Shown one piece after another: positions 58,801 through 64,000 of a stretch of DNA of 64,000 bases. The notes below the pieces were generated by a model. That model was not told where the DNA came from. It did not search any database and worked only from the letters and a program-made list of their open reading frames with translations. Origin of the DNA: the human T2T-CHM13v2.0 reference genome, Homo sapiens; assembly GCF_009914755.1 (NCBI RefSeq), contig NC_060946.1. One strand, 5' to 3'. The position numbers and the translations under genes are program-made. Position 1 is the stretch's first letter. Every line of letters starts with the position of its first letter.

Positions 58801-61800
58801 TCCATCCCATACCATTCCACTCCACTCCACTCCACTCCATTCCATTCCACTGCATCCCATTGAATTCCACAATATTCCACTCCAATCCACTCCACTCCAT
58901 TCCATTCCATTCCACTCCATTCCATTCCTTCCTTTCTGTCGACAGGATCTCACTCTGTCACCCAGGTTGGAGTGCAGTGTCATAATCTCAGATAACATTT
59001 CATTTCACAATTTCATTCCACTGCACTGCATTCCATTCCATTCTATTCCATCCCATCCCATTCCACTCCATTCCACTACACTACACTCCATTCTTCTCCA
59101 CTCCATTACATTCCACTCCATCCCATTCCATTCCACTCCATTCCACTCCACTCCTCTCAATCCCACTCCACTCCATTCCATTCCGTCCCATTCAATTCCA
59201 CTCCATTCCACTCCACTACACTCCTCTCCACTCCATTACATTCCACTCCACCCCATTCCATTCCATTCCATTCCACTCGTCTACACTCCACTCCATTCCA
59301 CTCCTCTCCTCTCCACTCAATTCCACTCCACTCCATTCCATTCCATTCCATTCCATTCCACTCCATTCAATTCCATTCCTGTCTTTCGACAGGATCTCAC
59401 TCTGTCACCCAGGCTGGAGTGCAGTGGCACAAATTCAGCTCACGTTTCATTTCACCATTCCATACCATTCCATTCCATTCCATTCCATTCCATTCCATTC
59501 CATTCCATTCCATTCCATTCCATTCCATTCCATGCCATTCCATTCCACTCCACTACACTGCACTCTATTCCATTCCACTCCACTCAACTCAACTCTATTC
59601 CACTCCACTCAACTCTACTCCACTCCACTCCACTCCATTCCATTCCATTCCATTCCACTCCTTTCCATTCCATTCCTTTCTTTCAACAGGTTTTCACTCT
59701 GTCACCCATGCTGGAGTGCAGTGGCACAATCTTAGCTCACATTTCATTTCACCATTTCATTCCATTCCATGCCATTCCATTCGATTCCATTCCATGCCAC
59801 TACTTTCCATTCCACTCCACTCCACTCCATTCCATTCCATTCCACTCCACTCTACTCGTATCCTCTGTACCACCGTCCACTCCATTCCATTCCATTCCTT
59901 CCCATTCCATTCCAATCCACTCCACTCCCTTCCATGCCACTCCACTCCACTTCATTCCTTTCGATTCCATCCCATTCCATTCCACTCCACTCCACTCCAC
60001 TGCATTCCATTCCATTCCTTTCTACTCCATTTCATTCCACTCCACTGCAGTCCACTCCATTCCATTCCATTTCATTCCACTCCATTCCTTACATTCGACA
60101 GGATCTCACTCTGTCACCCAGTCTGGAGTGCAGTGGCACAATCTCAGCTCACATTTCATTTCAGCATTCCATTCCATTGCATTCCATTCTATTTCTTTCC
60201 ATTGCATTCCATTCCTTTCCATTCCATTCTATTCCATTCCATTCTATTCCATTCCATTACATTCTATTCCATTCCATTCCATTCCTCTCCAATCCACTCC
60301 ACTCCACTCCACTCCACTCCACAGCACTACATTCCATTCCATTCCTCTCCATTCCACTCCACTCCATTCCATTCCATCCCTTTCCATTCCACTATACTAC
60401 TCTCCACTCCACTCCATTCCATTCCAGTCCACTCCATTCCTTTCCTTTCTTTCGACAGGATCTCACTCTGTCACCCAGGCTGGAATGCATTGGCACAAAC
60501 TCAGCTCACATTTCATTTCACCATTCCATTCCATTGCTTTCAATTACATTGCATTCCATTCCACTGCATTCCATTCCTTTGCATTCCATTCCATTCCATT
60601 CCATTCCACTCCACTTCTCTCCACTCCACTCCAATCCACTCCACTCCATTACATTACATCCTATTCCATTCCACTCCATTCCACTCCACTCCACTCCAAT
60701 CCACTCCTTTCCTTTCCTTTTCATCCCATTCCATTCCACTCCATTCCACTCCACTCCAATACACTCCAGTCCAGTCCATGCCACTGGACTCCATTCCATT
60801 CCATTCCTTTCTTTCAACAGGATCTGACTCTGTCACCCAGGCTGGAGCAAAGTGGCACAATCTCAGCTCACATTTCATTTCCCCATTCCATTCCACTCCA
60901 CTCTATTCCACTGTATTGCACTCCACTCTTCTCCACTCCACTCCATTCCATTCCATACCATTCCATACCACTCCAATCCATTCCACTCCAGTCCACTCCA
61001 TTCTATTCCATTTCCTTTCCACTCCATTCCTATCTTTTGGCAGGATTTCACTCTCTCACCCAGGCTGGAGTGCAGTGGCACAATCCAGTTCACATTTCCT
61101 TTCACTATTCCATTGCATTCCATTCCATTCCATTCCTTTCGACTCCACTCCATTCCACTCCATTGCACTCCACTCCACTCCACTCAACTCCATTCCACTA
61201 TACTCCACTCCAATACACTACACTCCATTCCATTCCATCCCATTCCATTCCACTCCATTCCACTCCACTCCACTCCTCTCCACTCCACTCCACTGCTTTC
61301 TATTCCATTCCTTTCCACTACATTCCATTCCATTCCTATCTTTCGACACGATTTCACTCTCTCACCCAGGCTGGAGTTCAGTGGCACAATCTCAGCTCAC
61401 ATTTCATTTCACCATTCCATTGCATTCCATTCAATTCAATTCCATTCCATTCAACTCCACTCCAATCCATTCCATTCCATTTCACTGCACTCCACTCCAT
61501 TCCATTCCACACCACTCCATTCCACTCCACTCCACTCCATTCCATTCTACTCCAATCTATTCCATTCCTTTCTTTAGACAGGTTCTCACTCTGTCCCCCA
61601 TGCTGGAGTGCTGTGGAACAATCTCAGCTCATATTTCATTTCAACATTCCATTCCATTTCATTCCATTCCATTCCATTATGTTCCATTCCATTCCACTCC
61701 AGTCCACTGATTCCATTCCATTCCTTTCCACTCCATTCCACTCAACTCCACTCTACTCCACTCAATTCCACTCTTCTCCAATCCATTCCATTTCATTTCA

Positions 61801-64000
61801 TTCCATTATATTCAATTCCACTCCACTCCAGTTGACTGATTCCATTCCACTCCATTCCACTCAACTCCACTCTACTCCACTCAATTCCACTCCTCTCCAT
61901 TCCATTCCATTCCATTACATTACATTACATTACATTACATTACATTACATTCCACCCCTTTACATTCCATTCCTTTCTTTCGACAGGATTTCAGTCTGTC
62001 ACCCAGGCTGGAGTGCAGTGGCACAATCTCAGCTCACATTTCATTTCACCATTCCTTTCTATTCCATTCCATTCCACTACATTCCATTCCACTCCATTCC
62101 ACTCCACTCCATTCCATTCCACTCCATTCTATTCCATTCCATTCTTTTGACATGATCCCACTCTGTCCTTCATGCTGGAGTGCAGTGGGACAATCTCAGC
62201 TCACATTTCATTTCACCATTCCATTCCATTCCATTCCATTCCACTCCACTCCATTCCACGGCACTCCACTCCACTCCTTTCCACTACATTCCATTTCATC
62301 CCATTCTATTTAATTCCATTCTACTCCACTCCACTCTACTCCACTCTACTCTACTCCACTCCATTACATTACATCCCATTCCATTCCACTGGACTCCACT
62401 CCACTCCACCCCACTCCACTCCACTCCATTCCATTCCATTCCTTTCGACTCCACTCAACTCCACTCCATTCCATTCTATTCCATTCCATTCCTTTCCACT
62501 GCATTCCATTCCACTCCCCTCCACTTCATTTCACTCCACTCCATTCCATTCCATTCCACTCCATTGCATTCCATTCCTTACATTCAACATCTCACCCTGT
62601 CACCCAATCTGGAGTGCAGCGGCACAATCTCCGCTCACATTTCATTACACCATTCCATTCAACCCCACTCCACTGCACTTCACACCACTCCATTCCATTC
62701 AATTCCATAACACTCCATTCCACTCCAGTCCCCCTCATTCCACTCCACTCCATTCCATTCCATCTTTTCCATTCCACTCCATTTCACCCCTCTCCACTAC
62801 AGTCCATTCAACTGCACTCCATTCCATTCCGCTGTGTCCCATTCTATTCCACTCCATTCCACTCCACTCCACTCCACTCGATTCCATTCCAGTCCATTCC
62901 ATTCCTTTCCTTTCTTTGGACAGGTTCTCACTCTGTCACCCAGGCTGGAGTGCATTGGCACAAATTCAGCTCACATTTCATTTCACCATTCCATTCCATT
63001 CCATTCCATTCCATTGCATTCCATTCCATTCCATTCCGTTCCATTCCATTCCACTCCATTCCACTCCACTCCACTCCATTACATTGCATCCCATTCCATT
63101 CCACTCCATTCCACTTCACTCCACTCTACCCTAATCCACTCCATTCCATTCCATCCCATTCCAATCCACTCCCTTTTACTCCACTCCAATACACTCCACT
63201 CCAGTCCATGCCACTACAATCCATTCCATTGCATTCCTTTCTTTTGACATAATCTCGCTCTGTCACCCAGGCTGGAGCAAAGTGGCACAAACTCAGCTCA
63301 CATTTCATTTCACCATTCCATTCCATTCCATTCCATCCCATCCCATTCCACTCCATTCCACTACACTACACTCCATTCTTCTCCATTCCATTACATTCCA
63401 CTCCATCCCATTCCATTCCACTCCATTCCACTCCACTCCACTCAATTCCACTCCACTCCATTCCATTCCATCCCATTCAATTCCACTCCATTCCACTCCA
63501 CTACAGTCCAATACACTCCTCTCCACTCCATTACTTTCCACTCCACCCCATTCCACTCCACTCCATTCCACTCGTCTACACTCCACTCTATTCCACTCCT
63601 CTCCTATCCACTCCACTCCACTCCACTCCATTACATTACATTCCTTTCCTTTCCATTCCATTCCACTCCACTCCATTCAGTTCCATTCCTTTCTTTCGAC
63701 AGGATCTCACTCTGTCACCCACTCTAGAGTTCGGTGGCACAAATTCAGCTCACGTTTCATTTCACCATTCCATACCATTGTATTCCATTCCATTCCATGC
63801 CATTCCATTCCATTCTACTCCACTCCACTCCACTGCACTCTATTCCATTACACTCCTCTCAATTCAACTCTATTCCACTCCACTCCACTCAACTCTACTC
63901 CACTCCACTCCTCTCCACTCCATTCCATTCCATTCCATTCCACTCCTTTCCATTCTATTCCTTTCTTTCAACAGGATTTCACTCTGTCACCCATGCTGGA
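49806..64000. repeat. HSat3-like (CATTC/CACTC)n satellite with a recurring Alu-derived cassette (composite repeat), running off the right edge
   Basis: Pentamer tracts interrupted ~44 times by ttctttcgacaggatctcactctgtcacccaggctggagtgcagtggcacaatctcagctcacatttcatttcacc. Confidence 0.95.

Noticed and set aside
58631-62155. 1174-aa ORF and other long HSIPF/MEWNG ORFs
   Set aside because: CATTC/CACTC pentamers and the cassette consensus contain no stop codons on this strand, so long low-complexity frames are expected by chance.
49937-64000. CRISPR-like look: constant repeat with variable spacers
   Set aside because: The repeat is Alu-derived, the spacers are 100-430 bp of pentamer satellite, the context is primate and there are no cas genes.

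Overview
Great-ape (most likely human) pericentromeric DNA with no intact protein-coding gene. It is a patchwork, left to right. (1) 1-3.1 kb: L1 fragments and unique DNA. (2) 3.15-4.65 kb: a GC-rich segment resembling the 5S rDNA spacer, with no 5S gene. (3) 4.65-12.3 kb: two diverged D4Z4-like (3.3-kb family) units on the minus strand with DUX4-like pseudogenes. The spacer between them holds a twin-primed (5'-inverted) PCMTD1 retrocopy with a target-site duplication (TSD). (4) 12.3-15.25 kb: a Tigger1 remnant carrying an Alu and a solo HERV-K LTR5. (5) 15.4-19.2 kb: a decayed piece of the 45S rDNA intergenic spacer. (6) 19.2-20.1 kb: an L1 ORF2 fragment joined directly to alpha satellite. 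(7) 20.1-49.8 kb: divergent alpha satellite with no CENP-B box seen and three orientation switches. One switch coincides with a full-length, TSD-less L1PA that itself holds a nested short L1. (8) 49.8-64 kb: a (CATTC/CACTC)n HSat3-like array in which a fixed ~55-bp Alu 3'-end cassette recurs about 44 times, roughly every 330 bp, with higher-order periodicity. This composite satellite is the most unusual feature. Family and subfamily names come from recalled consensus sequences, not a database search.
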